A DNA stretch of 64,000 bases from an uncultured Alphaproteobacteria bacterium. Its GTDB lineage: Bacteria; Pseudomonadota; Alphaproteobacteria; ATCC43930; CGMCC-115725. Shown one piece after another: positions 1 to 10,107 of this stretch. Where the stretch lies: the NCBI GenBank assembly GCA_963832875.1, contig CAWHWB010000014.1, positions 992-64,991 on the forward strand, given 5' to 3'. A program made the position numbers and the translations under genes. Each line of letters begins with the position of its first letter. The stretch's first letter is position 1. Under the pieces are notes generated by a model. It saw only the letters and a program-made list of their open reading frames with translations. It was not told the DNA's origin and did not search any database.

Positions 1-725
1 AGGGTATGGATGATCGGGAAGAATTCGCCGGCGTTGGCGCCTTCGTCCTAGATGACGGGCGTGTGCTTGAGATGCTCGCCGAGATCGGCGTCGCGGCCGC
101 GATAGCCGGCAAACCCATCGGTCAGCAGATGCGAACCGGCCGCGACGTTGGTTTTCAGAAAGGCGCCGAGTTCGGGGCCGCTGGCGGCCGGCAACACGGC
201 GATGCGGGCGTCGCCGGCGAAAAGCCGTGCTGACGCTTGACGGCATGGCCGTGCTTTCCGTTCCGGTTCTTCGGCGCCGGCAGCTTTCTCGACGGCGGCG
301 ACAACCAGGCTCTTGTCAGGGTTCTTGGTGCTGCGGCCACGACTGCTCGGATCGCTGCGGCCGCCGATGAAGATCGCGTCCGCCTCGAGCAAGCCGCGCA
401 GCGGGCGGGCCGGGTCCTCGCTCAGCCCGTGGCGCAGCTTGTGCGCCATGGTCCAGGCCATTTGATACGCCACTCCAAGCTCGCGCTGCAGAAACTTGGC
501 CGAGACGCCGCGCTTGTCGCGGCCCATCAGGTAGGCGGCAAGAAACCACAGGCAGAGAGCGGTGCGCGTGCGATGAAACACCGTCCCCGCCGTTGCCGAT
601 TCCTGCCGGTGGCAGCCGGTACATTCGTAAACCCGCGGCCGCGCCTTCAGCCGCCAAGCCTCCCGTCCGCCGCACCCGGCACAGACAAACCCGCCCAGAA
701 GCCGAGGCATCCGATCCTCCCCCAA
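1..725 (-). pseudogene. IS1595-family (ISXO2-like) transposase with in-frame TAG at 48-50, running off the left edge
   Basis: ORF 48..725 has an N-terminal zinc ribbon (CAGCGG...CTGCHRQ), then SAKFLQRELGVAYQMAWTMAHKLR, EADAIFIGG and LLTDGFAGY. Reading through the stop in the same frame gives DEGANAGEFFPIIHT, so the protein originally continued. Confidence 0.7.
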
Positions 726-736
726 CCTGGCACATG

Positions 737-2080
737 CTACCCTGAGACGAGGCCCAACACCCGAACATTTAGAGAACCTGTCCTGGACAGGAGATTGCTC
801 GAAGGCAGCGGGTTCGGCGCCAGGTTACGCGCCGTGCCATGCGGCGACTTCGCCGGACGGGATATCGGCCGCACGCCGAGAACGACGCAGGTGCTCGATG
901 CCGAATTGGTCGGGCTATCGGTTGTGGAAGCCGGCGCGATTTGCGGCGCGGCCGGCGGCGCGCGACTTTCCGGCTGGAGGGGCCGCGCTTGCGGCGCGGC
1001 CGGCGGCGCGCGACTTTCCGGCTGGAGGGGCCGCGCTTGCGGCGCGGGTGCGCCGTGCTTCTGCCGGCCGGTGGCGATATGAGCGTCGATCTTACGGCGC
1101 TCCAGCGCTTCCAGATTGTCCTCGGAGCAATAGCCGGCATCGGCCGAGACCTGCTCGGGAGCCGCCGCGAGATTGGTCGTGATCTGCTCGACCAGCCCGA
1201 CCAGTTGTGGGGAATCGCTCCCTTGGTTGCTCAGCAACTCGGCCACGATGATCTGTGCTGTCGCGTCGACCGCGGCCTGTGCGTTGAAGCCCTGAATGAA
1301 GCCGTCCTTGGTTTTCATGATCCGGCTCTGCGGATCGGTGAAGTTGTGTTGTGCCTTGCCCGGCGGCGGGCTGGGTGCGTCCTTGTCGGCGCCACTGGAT
1401 TTGCCTGCATCGGCAGCCTGCGCCTCGGCCTCCAGGGCCGCCTTGGCCTCGCGGATCTTCTCCAATCGCCGCTGCTTGTTCGCTACCCAGTCCGGCGTCT
1501 CGTCGCCGCGCCGCTCGACCCCATGCTTGCGATTCTCGGCACCGTCCACCCGGCCCGCGGTTTTCAGCCAGTGCGCCACTTCGGTGGCAAGCTTCGGTTC
1601 GGCTTCGACCATACGGGCATAGCTCATCGCTTTGTGCTTGGAGGTGTTTGCTTTGATCTTGGTACCGTCCAGTGCAACATGACCGAGCTTGACCAGTCCG
1701 GCCTCGCGGCACAGCCACAACACCTGCACAAACAGCCCGCGCAATGCCTCGCTGTGCCGCTTGCGAAAATCGCTGATGGTCCGGAAATCCGGCCGCTGCA
1801 TCCCGTCACCGCGGCAAAGTCGAGCCGCTCCTCGCAGCTGCGCGCGATCCGGCGCGAGGAGTACGCATCTTGGCTATAGGCGTAGAGCAGCAGCGCCACC
1901 ATCATCCCCGGCTGATACGGTGGGTAGCCGCGCTCCTCCCCATAGCTCTCCGAGGTCCAAGCCGCTGCGCACCGTGTCGCGCACGAAATGCGTCACGTGA
2001 CCCGCCGGAACCAGATCCTGCAGCGACGGCGGCAACAGCCACACCTGGTCCGGTTCCCAATCGCGAAAAGTCTTGCTCAT
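737..2080 (-). pseudogene. IS1182/IS5-type transposase with at least two frameshifts and a non-homologous 3' end
   Basis: Starts MSKTFRDWEPDQVWLLPPSLQDLVPAGH at 2080. It continues in a second frame as YGEERGYPPYQPGMMVALLLYAYSQDAYSSRRIARSCEERLDFAAVTG (shift ~1945). It continues in a third frame as RPDFRTISDFRKRH...HVALDGTKIKANTSKHKAMSY...DAGYCSEDN (shift ~1800). Below ~1080 the frame passes through a tandem duplication and stops looking like a transposase. Confidence 0.7.
943..1047. repeat. 48-bp tandem duplication: two full copies (943-990, 991-1038) plus ~9 nt of a third
   Basis: gcggcgcggccggcggcgcgcgactttccggctggaggggccgcgctt occurs twice back to back. In the transposase frame it yields a repeated 16-aa block (APQARPLQPESRAPPA x2). 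Confidence 0.9.
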
Positions 2081-2254
2081 CCCATAGTAGCAGATGCTCC
2101 CTCTCACCGCGAGCACCTGTTACTCAGACAGGCTCCTAGCGATCCCGTATGTGCACCACGTCGCTCCACAAGCTGCCCGATTGATCGATGTCACAGGAAT
2201 GGCGTGCTGCGTTGCCCAGTATCAAGAGTCCACCGGTTCTCAAACGAGGTCACG

Positions 2255-3667
2255 ATGATCACGCGTCGCACCCTGATGTTGGTGGTCCCGGCCGGGATCG
2301 TCACCGGCATGATCGGCAGAGTTCGCGCCTCGGAGGTGCCGGCGTCGGAGGCGACCGCCATTGCGGAGGAGGCCTTCATCTACGGCTTCCCGATGGTGAT
2401 GAATTACGGCGTTGGGTTTGAGTATTTCATCGACAAGGCGTCTACCCAGTACAAAGCGCCGTTCAACCAGATCTACAACACTGCCCGCGTCTATACGCCA
2501 CAGGACACAGCGGTTGTCACCCCGAACAGCGACACTCCTTATTCCTTTGTTGGCATGGATCTCAGGGCCGAGCCATTCGTGGTGTGCAACCCAGAGATCG
2601 AGACAGGGCGGTATTTCTCATTTCAGTTCGTAGACTGGTACACCGCCAACTTCGCGTACGCCGGTACCCGCACCACCGGCAACGATCCCGGCTGCTTCAT
2701 GGTTGTCAGCCCTGGCTGGAACGGAGAAACGCCGCCTGGAATTACCAAAGTGTTCCGCTGCGAGACAGACCTCGCCTCGGTAATCATCCGGACACAGCTG
2801 TTTAATCCGGGCGACATCGACAACGTAAAGAAGATCCAAGCGGGATATCGTGCGGAGCCGCTCTCCAAATTCCTGAACCAGCTCGCACCACCGCCTGCGC
2901 CGGAGATCAACTGGCCAAAGATCGACAAGCAGATGGCCGAAAGAGACCCTTTCGGTTACCTGGCCTTCCTTCTTCGGTTCTGCCCGCCGACGGGGACCGC
3001 TGCGGTCGAGGTCCCGTTGCGCGCGCGGTTTGCCAGGATCGGGATCGAAGCCGGCAAGCCGTTTCTGGTTGACAAGCTCACACCTGAGCAGAAGGCCAGC
3101 CTTGCAGCAGGCGCCAGGAACGGCCTCGCCAGGATCAAACACGAGTTGGAAGTGATAGGCAGAGACGAAGACGGTTGGCACGTCGCTAGCAATCTCTTCG
3201 GCAGCCGGCAGATGCTCGCCGGAAACTGGACGTTGCGCGCCGCGGCGGCAATGGGAGGTATCTACGGCAATGACGCACAAGAGGCATTGTATCCATTCCT
3301 CGCCACCGACAGCGACGGCCAGAAGCCGAACTGCGCCACCAATCGCTATACGCTGACCTTCCCAGCCGGTGCGCTGCCGCCGGTAAACGCGTTCTGGTCG
3401 GTGACGATGTATGACGGCAAAACCCAGTTGCTGGTCGCGAACCCGATCAACCGCTATCTGATCAACTCGCCGATGCTGTCACAGCTCAAAAAGAACGCGG
3501 ACGGCTCCATCACGCTGTACCTTCAGAAGGACTCGCCAGGTGCCGACAAGCAATCGAACTGGCTGCCCGCGCCCGCCGGGCCGGTCGGTCTCGTCATGCG
3601 GCTCTATTGGCCGAAGGAGGCTGCGCTGAGCGGATCCTGGAAGCCGCCAGCCGTCCATCTCGCATAG
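2255..3667 (+). CDS. DUF1254/DUF1214 domain-containing secreted protein
   Basis: ATG at 2255 preceded by gaggt. Has a signal-like N-terminus (MITRRTLMLVVPAGIVTGMIGRVRA). Family-typical blocks are EEAFIYGFPMVMNY, FNQIYNTARVYTP and NAFWSVTMYD. The longer track ORF from 1988 is upstream read-through. Confidence 0.8.
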   Translation: MITRRTLMLVVPAGIVTGMIGRVRASEVPASEATAIAEEAFIYGFPMVMNYGVGFEYFIDKASTQYKAPFNQIYNTARVYTPQDTAVVTPNSDTPYSFVGMDLRAEPFVVCNPEIETGRYFSFQFVDWYTANFAYAGTRTTGNDPGCFMVVSPGWNGETPPGITKVFRCETDLASVIIRTQLFNPGDIDNVKKIQAGYRAEPLSKFLNQLAPPPAPEINWPKIDKQMAERDPFGYLAFLLRFCPPTGTAAVEVPLRARFARIGIEAGKPFLVDKLTPEQKASLAAGARNGLARIKHELEVIGRDEDGWHVASNLFGSRQMLAGNWTLRAAAAMGGIYGNDAQEALYPFLATDSDGQKPNCATNRYTLTFPAGALPPVNAFWSVTMYDGKTQLLVANPINRYLINSPMLSQLKKNADGSITLYLQKDSPGADKQSNWLPAPAGPVGLVMRLYWPKEAALSGSWKPPAVHLA

Positions 3668-4187
3668 CATGACGCAGCCGGACCCGAAGTCGGGATCATC
3701 CGCCTCCGTCAGCAACGGGGTGCAGGGCCGGTCCTCGCAGGCAGCTCAGCGTACAATTTTTCACCAATCGCGCAGGACCCCACATTCGACGACCTCGCCG
3801 ATACCGTGCTCGAGATCGGTCCCGAGCTGTTGCATGCCAATCGGCTTGAGCTCCGGGACCGACAGTAGTGATCACCGCGGTTGCCGGGGGGCAAGGCGAC
3901 GGCTGTATCTCCGCGTGACGGCTTTGATGCGGGCCGCGGGCTGTCGCCTCGAACGCGAGGGGTAAAGGACAATCACGAAACTTGGTGGAGCCCGACCACC
4001 GGCCGCACATTCCCCGGCCAGTTCTAACCGCTCCCATTTCCCTCGTGGCGCTCGCTATCGGGTAGCGGAGCGCCGCCCAGCCCCATAGCCTTGCTGGTAG
4101 GATGCCTGCTCGTTTGTTTTTGCCGACCCGCGATCGTTGCCGGAATTAGCACGCAGCACATCGAAGGGCGGAGTATTGCAATTTGCT

Positions 4188-5738
4188 TCACCAACTGGCC
4201 TGGATCCGAGCCGCGATCGTCTCGAAGCGCTGGCCGATTTGCAGGGTGCCCGATGGGTCGATCTTATTTACATCCACATATTGGAACTGCAACATGAACC
4301 GCAGCCAATCGTCTGGGTACCAGTTGAGGGCGAGGGAGGCGATCTGCTGGCGGCCGCCATAGACGCCGCCGGTAACGCTTTCCGGAACCCCTGGAACGAC
4401 TTCGCTGTTGAGGTTGACCGTGCTGTACCGGGCTGCGATTTCCCACGCCCCCAAGCCACCATGTGCGAGACTGAACGGCCGATCGGGCTTCGGTCTGCCC
4501 CAGGCTGCCCTGTGGAGGTCGTAGGGGTGCGGCTCCCCGGTGATGACCCAGCTCCCTTCGACATATCCCCCATTAAAACCGAGGCTGGGCGCCAGCCCGC
4601 CCGGAAATTCCGATTGGGTTACGGCGATTTCATAGAACTCGCCTTCGATCAGAAACTTGCGCCAACTGGCACCGAGTTCGCCACCATAGACGCTGGCGGC
4701 GCTTGCTGCTAGCGGGCCGGTACTGACGAGCTTGTCGAATGCGATCCGCAGCTCCGGATAGTCCGCGAACGTCAGCGTAGTTTGGCTCACCCCGGGCATA
4801 TTGTTGGCGTTTATACTGGTGCGGAACACCGTCTGGCCCGAAAAGCCGACATGGATATTCCAGTCGTTGTCATGATAGGGCCGCGCCGCCAGGCGACCGA
4901 CGAGCGCCAATTGTTCACCGTTGAGGAGAGTGATCTTCTCGGCACCAAAAACCGGACCGGTCAGATACGCGGACGCAAAATAGTCTTGGGTGGACGCCTC
5001 GGCGCCGAGCGACGCACGCCCTGTGCCCGCCGCCACGCTCCGTTCGATGTTGATGATGCTTGGCCGCTCGAGAAACAGCAAATCCGCTGGCGAGGTCGCG
5101 TCTTCCAATGAAACGACCGGATGGAAATATCCGACTGTGGCGGTTAGCGGCTTGATCCCGGTATAGTTGAGGTTCGCTTCGTACAAGGTCGGTGCCCCAG
5201 CCGGGGAACCGCCGAAGTCAGGTGTGACGTTGACCGTGAAGTCGTCCCACTTGCCGATGAAATCGAGGCGGCCGCGGCGCAGGTTCACTCCGTTGTTGAG
5301 CAACGGAAACTGCGTATTTGGGTTCGGGTGCTGGAAATAGGCCCCCATGTCGAATTGCAGCAGCCCGCCGACGGCCAGAGACGCTCTGCCATCTGCGCCG
5401 GTAAAGGTCGGTCTTCCTTCAGGCATGCCGAACGTGATCTCGTTGTCTCCGGCGGGAGCGGTGGGAGTTCCATCCTGCGAGGGTAGCGGTTCCTCGATTG
5501 CGGGCGCGGGAACCTGACCGGTCACCCCGAGGGTCGAGACCTGTTGCGCCTGGACATTCGCTAGCGCAACTGCAAAAGCCGAGAATGTTATGCACGCAAG
5601 TAACTTGAAATGGCCGCTCGCATGGCCGCGGATGGCGCTCGCGTCTTTTGAATCTTGACCCGCACGGCGGCCAAGTCCGCGCGCCGCGTTTCGAAGGGCG
5701 CCCCGAGAGGAGTCCTCACGCCGCAGATGGCACCTCAA
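4188..5738 (-). CDS. Phosphate-selective porin O/P family outer membrane protein
   Basis: Signal peptide LLACITFSAFAVALANVQAQ, beta-barrel-like alternating sequence, and C-terminal LNWYPDDWLRFMLQFQYVDV...RIQASW. No ATG lies close to the signal peptide, so the true start is uncertain and 5738 is the ORF maximum. Confidence 0.7.
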   Translation of the reverse strand: MRCHLRREDSSRGALRNAARGLGRRAGQDSKDASAIRGHASGHFKLLACITFSAFAVALANVQAQQVSTLGVTGQVPAPAIEEPLPSQDGTPTAPAGDNEITFGMPEGRPTFTGADGRASLAVGGLLQFDMGAYFQHPNPNTQFPLLNNGVNLRRGRLDFIGKWDDFTVNVTPDFGGSPAGAPTLYEANLNYTGIKPLTATVGYFHPVVSLEDATSPADLLFLERPSIINIERSVAAGTGRASLGAEASTQDYFASAYLTGPVFGAEKITLLNGEQLALVGRLAARPYHDNDWNIHVGFSGQTVFRTSINANNMPGVSQTTLTFADYPELRIAFDKLVSTGPLAASAASVYGGELGASWRKFLIEGEFYEIAVTQSEFPGGLAPSLGFNGGYVEGSWVITGEPHPYDLHRAAWGRPKPDRPFSLAHGGLGAWEIAARYSTVNLNSEVVPGVPESVTGGVYGGRQQIASLALNWYPDDWLRFMLQFQYVDVNKIDPSGTLQIGQRFETIAARIQASW

Positions 5739-6541
5739 CGCGGCGGACTAGGCGCGAAGCCTTGGATCGTCCAAACGAGCGGCGCCGTATCGACGTGGAT
5801 GAACCCTCCCTGAGGCCGGTTGAAATCGACGATCATCACCATCGCACCGCTCACCATCAGAAACAGCAGCAGCGTCAGCACAAGTTGCCTGCGACCGGCC
5901 AGCCCCATCTGATAGCCGAGCGCGCCGGCAGCGAGCATCGCCGCGAGCAGCAGCCCCAACAGCGTCTCCATCGGCACCCGGCTTTCCATCGAGTACCTCT
6001 GGACCAAGCCGGCGCTGAACATGTTGTTGAGCGAGGATGCGAGAACAGAGGCCAAGGACGGCGGCATTCCCGCCAACACCGGAAGCGTGCGCTGCCAGAT
6101 CGCGTTCTGCAGCCTGTCGATGCGAGCAAGCGCCGCCGCAGCCTTCTGCGGGCTCGTCGCTACGAGATAAGCGAGCCGGGTGCCGGCGTACTCCTCGATC
6201 AGCCCGGCGATCGGTTTCCCCTTGGTGCCGGCGAGCGTCGTGTTGAGCCAGGCGCCGCCGATCGCGTTGGCTTCGTCGCGGGTCGCGTCGCGCCGCGCCT
6301 CGAACCGATCCTGAGCGATGCCCGTGGTCAGGGCCAAAGAGAAGACAACGAAGGCGAGCATGCCGGCGGTCACGGTCGAGACACCGGCACCTTCCTTTTC
6401 GGCCGGCGTCATGCTCCGACGGCTCCATAGGCGACCGATCTGAAAGCCGACCTGATCCGCCAGCCCGAGCAGAGCAACTATAAAGAGCCCGAACAATCCG
6501 ACACTGAAATCGATAATGTCCTGCAGAATGCGTATGATCAT
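5735..6541 (-). CDS. DUF4239 (bestrophin-like) family membrane protein
   Basis: ATG at 6541 (MIIRILQDIIDF...). Has N- and C-terminal TM segments and a central RDEANAIGGAWL block. The upstream part of ORF 5735..6886 belongs to an AraC fragment region in another context. Confidence 0.55.
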   Translation of the reverse strand: MIIRILQDIIDFSVGLFGLFIVALLGLADQVGFQIGRLWSRRSMTPAEKEGAGVSTVTAGMLAFVVFSLALTTGIAQDRFEARRDATRDEANAIGGAWLNTTLAGTKGKPIAGLIEEYAGTRLAYLVATSPQKAAAALARIDRLQNAIWQRTLPVLAGMPPSLASVLASSLNNMFSAGLVQRYSMESRVPMETLLGLLLAAMLAAGALGYQMGLAGRRQLVLTLLLFLMVSGAMVMIVDFNRPQGGFIHVDTAPLVWTIQGFAPSPPR

Positions 6542-6561
6542 AGGCCAACCGCGTCTACCGA

Positions 6562-6705
6562 TTACGTTGCGAGCGCGGCGCGAAAACGGCCGGGTGTGAG
6601 CCCGATCTCCCGGCGGAAGACCGAGGTCAGATGGCTCTGGTCGGTGAACCCGGAGTCCTGCGCGATCATGCCCAGCGGGCGGTTCGTGCGCCGCAATATA
6701 AATGC
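6562..6705 (-). pseudogene. AraC-family regulator, C-terminal HTH fragment only
   Basis: LRRTNRPLGMIAQDSGFTDQSHLTSVFRREIGLTPGRFRAA matches the second HTH of AraC/XylS proteins. Nothing upstream resembles the rest of the protein. Confidence 0.55.
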
Positions 6706-6928
6706 TCTTAATGTGACCCAAAATGAAATAAGACTTTCCCGAGGCCGCCCGATCGGGCCGAATTCCAATCCGGGACGCCGCAAGCTGCCGTGGTGCATCG
6801 TGAAGAACGCTGCCTGCAACTCTGAGCTCGAGCTCGCAGCATAACGAGGCAAGGAGGTGGAACACCCGGGTCTTCCGGTTAATCATACGAGGATGGGGCA
6901 GCCCGCAAGATCAAGCACGCCAACCGAG

Positions 6929-7560
6929 GTGCTAGCCGGTCTCGTCGACCGGGTGATATTTCACAACGACGAGAACGGCTTTTGCGAGAAGCGCACAAAG
7001 CTTGCTCTCGCCGAAAGCCAGTTCCAGGCCGTCCACGTCGCTGTCGCCTCCAAGGTGCTGGTGATCACCGGCGGGTTGGGCGTTGGCAAGACGACCTTGG
7101 TCAACTCGATTCTCAAGATCCTGCTCGCGAAGACCGTCGTGATCGCGCTCGGTGCACCGGCGGGTCGGGCCGCCAAGCGTCTGTCCGAGAGTACCGGGCT
7201 CGAGGCGAAGACGATCCACCGCTCGCTCGAAACCGACCCAAGGGCAGGTGCCTTTCGGCGGAACGAGGACGAGCCTCTAGACTGCGATCTCTTGGTCGTT
7301 GACGAAACCTCGATGGTCGACGTGCCGCTGATGCGGGCCCTCTCGCGTGCTTTGCCGGAGCGGGCAGCTTTGTTGCTCGTCGGCGATGTCGACCAGCTGG
7401 CCCTCGGTCGGGCCAGGGCAGGTGCTGGCCGACATCACCGCGTCCGGTGCACTGCCCGTTGTGCGCTTGACCGAAATCTTCCGCCAGGCGGCCGAGAGCC
7501 GGATCATCGTCAATGCACACCGGATCAACCAGGGCCTGATGCCCGATCTCGCACAAGCGG
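6929..7560 (+). pseudogene. RecD2-like ATP-dependent helicase: internal deletion, one frameshift, 3' truncation
   Basis: LVDRVIFHNDENGFC (N-terminal OB-like start) jumps directly to the Walker A region VLVITGGLGVGKTTLV, then LLVVDETSMVD and [10 protein letters not shown]. The sequence continues in another frame as [45 protein letters not shown] and then ends. Confidence 0.7.
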
Positions 7561-7584
7561 ATGCCGCTATCCTCCGGCCGCTTT

Positions 7585-7895
7585 ATCGAAGACCGCCTCC
7601 TCGAATGCGCCTATCACGGCTTTGCTACGATGCGAACGGGCAATGCGTGCGGGTGCCCTCTCACCCCGACGGGCATATCCCGAGCGAGGTGCGCCTCGGG
7701 ACGGTGCCGCTCGTCGAGCAGGATGGGCTCGTGTGGGTATGGCCGGGCGACCCGGCGCAGTCGCCCTCGGCGAACCCGCCGAGCGTCCCCGAGCTGGCGA
7801 GGCGATGCCTGGGATACCCGCGATGTCGGCGGGGCGATGCCAGTGCCGGCCAATTCGGTTCTGCTGATTGAGAATTTGCTCGACATCACAACATC
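7585..7895 (+). pseudogene. Rieske-type (VanA-like) oxygenase fragment with two frame changes
   Basis: LECAYHGF is in one frame and [45 protein letters not shown] in another. It then returns to the first frame for [17 protein letters not shown]. Only about 100 residues of the protein are present. Confidence 0.5.
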
Positions 7896-7900
7896 GGCGC

Positions 7901-8450
7901 GGTGTCGGTCAGTCGGGGACGCTGAGCTTCGACGGCGGCGGCGGCTCGAATGCCGAAGCGTTCACCGTGGCGGCGGGCTAGACCCTGGCGTTCGGCGGCG
8001 GCACTTTCACCCTGGGCGGGGGCACCTACAACGTAGTCGGCCAACCGTTGTCTCAGGCGGCGATCTCGACATCGACGCCGCCGTCGCCAGGGGCAGGTCG
8101 ATATCCATCGATAGCGGCGCCCTCGAGCTTACGGTGAATTCGCCGATCGCGATTGTCTTTGCCGGCACTTCCGGCAACTTGATATTGGATCACTCGCAGA
8201 CCTTCGCCGGTACGATCGCTGGCATGGGCCCATCGACCCCGGGTGACGTCGCCGATCTGGGGGACGTCACCTTCGCGACGGCCACCAAGAGCTACAGCGG
8301 CAGTGCTACGAGCGAGGTGCTGACGATCAGCGACGGCACGCGCACAGCAAGGCTGTCGATGATCGGCGACTTCACGACCAGCAGCTTTAACCTCGAGAAC
8401 GACGGTACCGGGCACGTCGAGTTCTACGATCCGGCATCGTCCAGCAATCC
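7901..8450 (+). pseudogene. C-terminal fragment of a large repetitive (beta-helix type) exoprotein, with in-frame TAG at 7979-7981 and a frameshift
   Basis: GVGQSGTLSFDGGGGSNAEAFTVAAG*TLAFGGGTFTLGGGTYNVVG is followed, after a frame change near 8040, by LELTVNSPIAIVFAGTSGNLILDHSQTFAGTIAGM...LTISDGTRTARLSMIGDFTTSSFNLENDGTGHVEFYDP. Confidence 0.45.
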
Positions 8451-8760
8451 TTCGGGGCGATCGCGAGCCGGAGCGACCGCTTCACGTTCTTCGGCGAGCA
8501 CGGAGCGCGGATAGTCGCATCCGCCGGTCTCGGCGCGGCCGGTCTGTCTCATTCGCTGGTGTCGGCGTCCGGTCACGAGACATTGCTGGCGGTGCCGCAT
8601 TACCTGTGACGAAAGGGTCTGCGACGAACCTGCGGACTCGCCGCTGCGACGCGCGGGCTTGGCCACTTGCACCGGCCATTGACAGCGGCTCGGCGGCACG
8701 CCGCAATAGCGGCTGGAGACGCGGTTTGGAACGCCCAACGCAAAATGCCCAGTCGATCCA

Positions 8761-9927
8761 ATGGATGATGCGAAATGCGCCGCGCCCTTGGCGCGGGCGC
8801 GGAACCTGGCCGACCTGATCGCCGGCGAAGCCGAGGTGATCGAACGCCGGCGGCGGCTGACCGCGCCGGTGCTCGACCGGCTGCATGGCGAGCGGCTTTT
8901 TCGCATGCTCTACCCGCGCTCGGTCGGCGGCGACGAGGTCGAGCCCGGCCAGTACGTGCTGGCGGTGGAGGAACTGGCGCGGGCCGACGGTTCGGTCGGC
9001 TGGTGCGTTTCGATCGCCAACAGCATCGGACTGTTCGCACCCTATCTCGGCCTCGAGGCGGCGTACCGCGTGTTCGGGCCGCCGCGCGCGACCTGCGCCT
9101 GGGGGCCGCCCAACGACAGCCGCGGGATCGCAGTGCCGGGCGGCTATCGGGTGACCGGCCGCTGGGATTTCGCCAGCGGCTGCCGCCATGCGAGCTGGAT
9201 CGGCGCGCATGGCACGGTGGTCGAGCCCGACGGCTCGCTGCGGCTCAACAATTTCGGCCGGTCGACGCTGCGCACCTGGCTGTTTCCGGCCGCCGAGGCG
9301 ACCCTGCTCGACAACTGGAACCCGATCGGGCTGCGCGGCACCGCGTCCGAATCCTACTCGGTCAAGGATTTGTTCGTGCCCGAGGAATTCACCGGCACGC
9401 GCGAGGACCCGACTCTGCGCCGCGACCGCGGCAAACTGTATGCCTTCCCGCAGCAGACCCTCTATTCGGTCGGGATCGCCAGCGTCGCCCTCGGCATCGC
9501 CCGCGGCATGCTCGAATCCTTCATCGAATTGGCGTTGCGCAAGACCCCGCGCGGCACTGCCCGGCTCGCCGACAATGCGGTGATCCAGGCCGAGATCGCT
9601 CGCGCCGAGGCGCGGCTCGGCGCGGCTCGCTGCTATCTCGTCGACACCGTGCGCGAGATCTACGCCCACGCCGACGACGTCGCCCCGATCGAGGTGCGCG
9701 AGCGGGCGCGCGCCCGGCTCGCCGGCAGCCACGCGATTTCGAGCGCGGTCGCTGTCTCCGACTGGACCTACAAGGCCGCCGGGGTCGATGCGATCTTTCC
9801 CGGCAGCCCGTTTGAGCGTCGTTTCCGCGACATCCACACGGTCTCTCAGCAGATTCAGTCGCGCGACGCCCATTACGAAACTGTCGGGCAAGTGCTGCTC
9901 GGCCAACCGCCCGAGGTTTTTTTGTAG
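8761..9927 (+). CDS. Acyl-CoA dehydrogenase-fold flavin-dependent monooxygenase (HsaA / C2-HpaH-like oxygenase component)
   Basis: 388 aa. Contains LFRMLYPRSVGGDEV, ELARADGSVGWCVSIANS, GGYRVTGRWDFASG, WNPIGLRGTASESYSV and FRDIHTVSQQIQ. Confidence 0.75.
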   Translation: MDDAKCAAPLARARNLADLIAGEAEVIERRRRLTAPVLDRLHGERLFRMLYPRSVGGDEVEPGQYVLAVEELARADGSVGWCVSIANSIGLFAPYLGLEAAYRVFGPPRATCAWGPPNDSRGIAVPGGYRVTGRWDFASGCRHASWIGAHGTVVEPDGSLRLNNFGRSTLRTWLFPAAEATLLDNWNPIGLRGTASESYSVKDLFVPEEFTGTREDPTLRRDRGKLYAFPQQTLYSVGIASVALGIARGMLESFIELALRKTPRGTARLADNAVIQAEIARAEARLGAARCYLVDTVREIYAHADDVAPIEVRERARARLAGSHAISSAVAVSDWTYKAAGVDAIFPGSPFERRFRDIHTVSQQIQSRDAHYETVGQVLLGQPPEVFL

Positions 9928-10107
9928 GCGGCGAATATCGCGAACCGCCGGCAACGCAGAACAAGCAGACTCGCGCCGGCACCGGGTGGATCGCTGGCTT
10001 GAAGCGAGCCGGCGGAGCGATGCACGGCATGGTGCGTCCGAGCTTGCCCGGTTCGGCCGAATGGGGCGTAATCCGGCGTGGGAGCGGCGTCGCGAGGGAG
10101 AAGACTC

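Larger units (their letters stand above)
1..2130. mobile_element. Nest of two degraded insertion sequences (IS1595-family next to an IS1182/IS5-type remnant)
   Basis: Two transposase reading frames on the minus strand, both broken (next two entries). Element ends are not defined and the right limit is approximate. Confidence 0.6.

Noticed and set aside
943-1047. Tandem repeat considered as a possible CRISPR or minisatellite array.
   Set aside because: There are only two directly adjacent identical 48-bp copies and no spacers. They lie inside a transposase reading frame, and no cas genes are in the window.
1988-2254. Upstream 89 codons of the track ORF 1988..3667.
   Set aside because: An ATG at 2255 with an RBS starts a signal peptide. 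The upstream part overlaps the IS1182 remnant region and has non-protein-like composition.
3668-4187. 520-bp gap between the DUF1254/DUF1214 gene and the porin gene, with several 60-110 codon ORFs and an imperfect 11-bp hairpin (ggcgctcgcta...tagcggagcgcc, ~4046-4075).
   Set aside because: None of the ORFs has recognisable motifs or a convincing RBS, and the hairpin lacks a U-tract. A decayed gene fragment is possible, but I cannot support a call.
5600-5738. Long N-terminal extension of the porin ORF (MRCHLRREDSS...).
   Set aside because: It precedes an obvious signal peptide and is Arg-rich. It is probably read-through upstream of a non-ATG start that I could not place, so the feature keeps the ORF maximum with the start flagged as uncertain.
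6929-7560. RecD2-like helicase considered as part of a defence system.
   Set aside because: The gene is internally deleted, frameshifted and truncated. It is surrounded by other unrelated fragments and has no intact partner genes.
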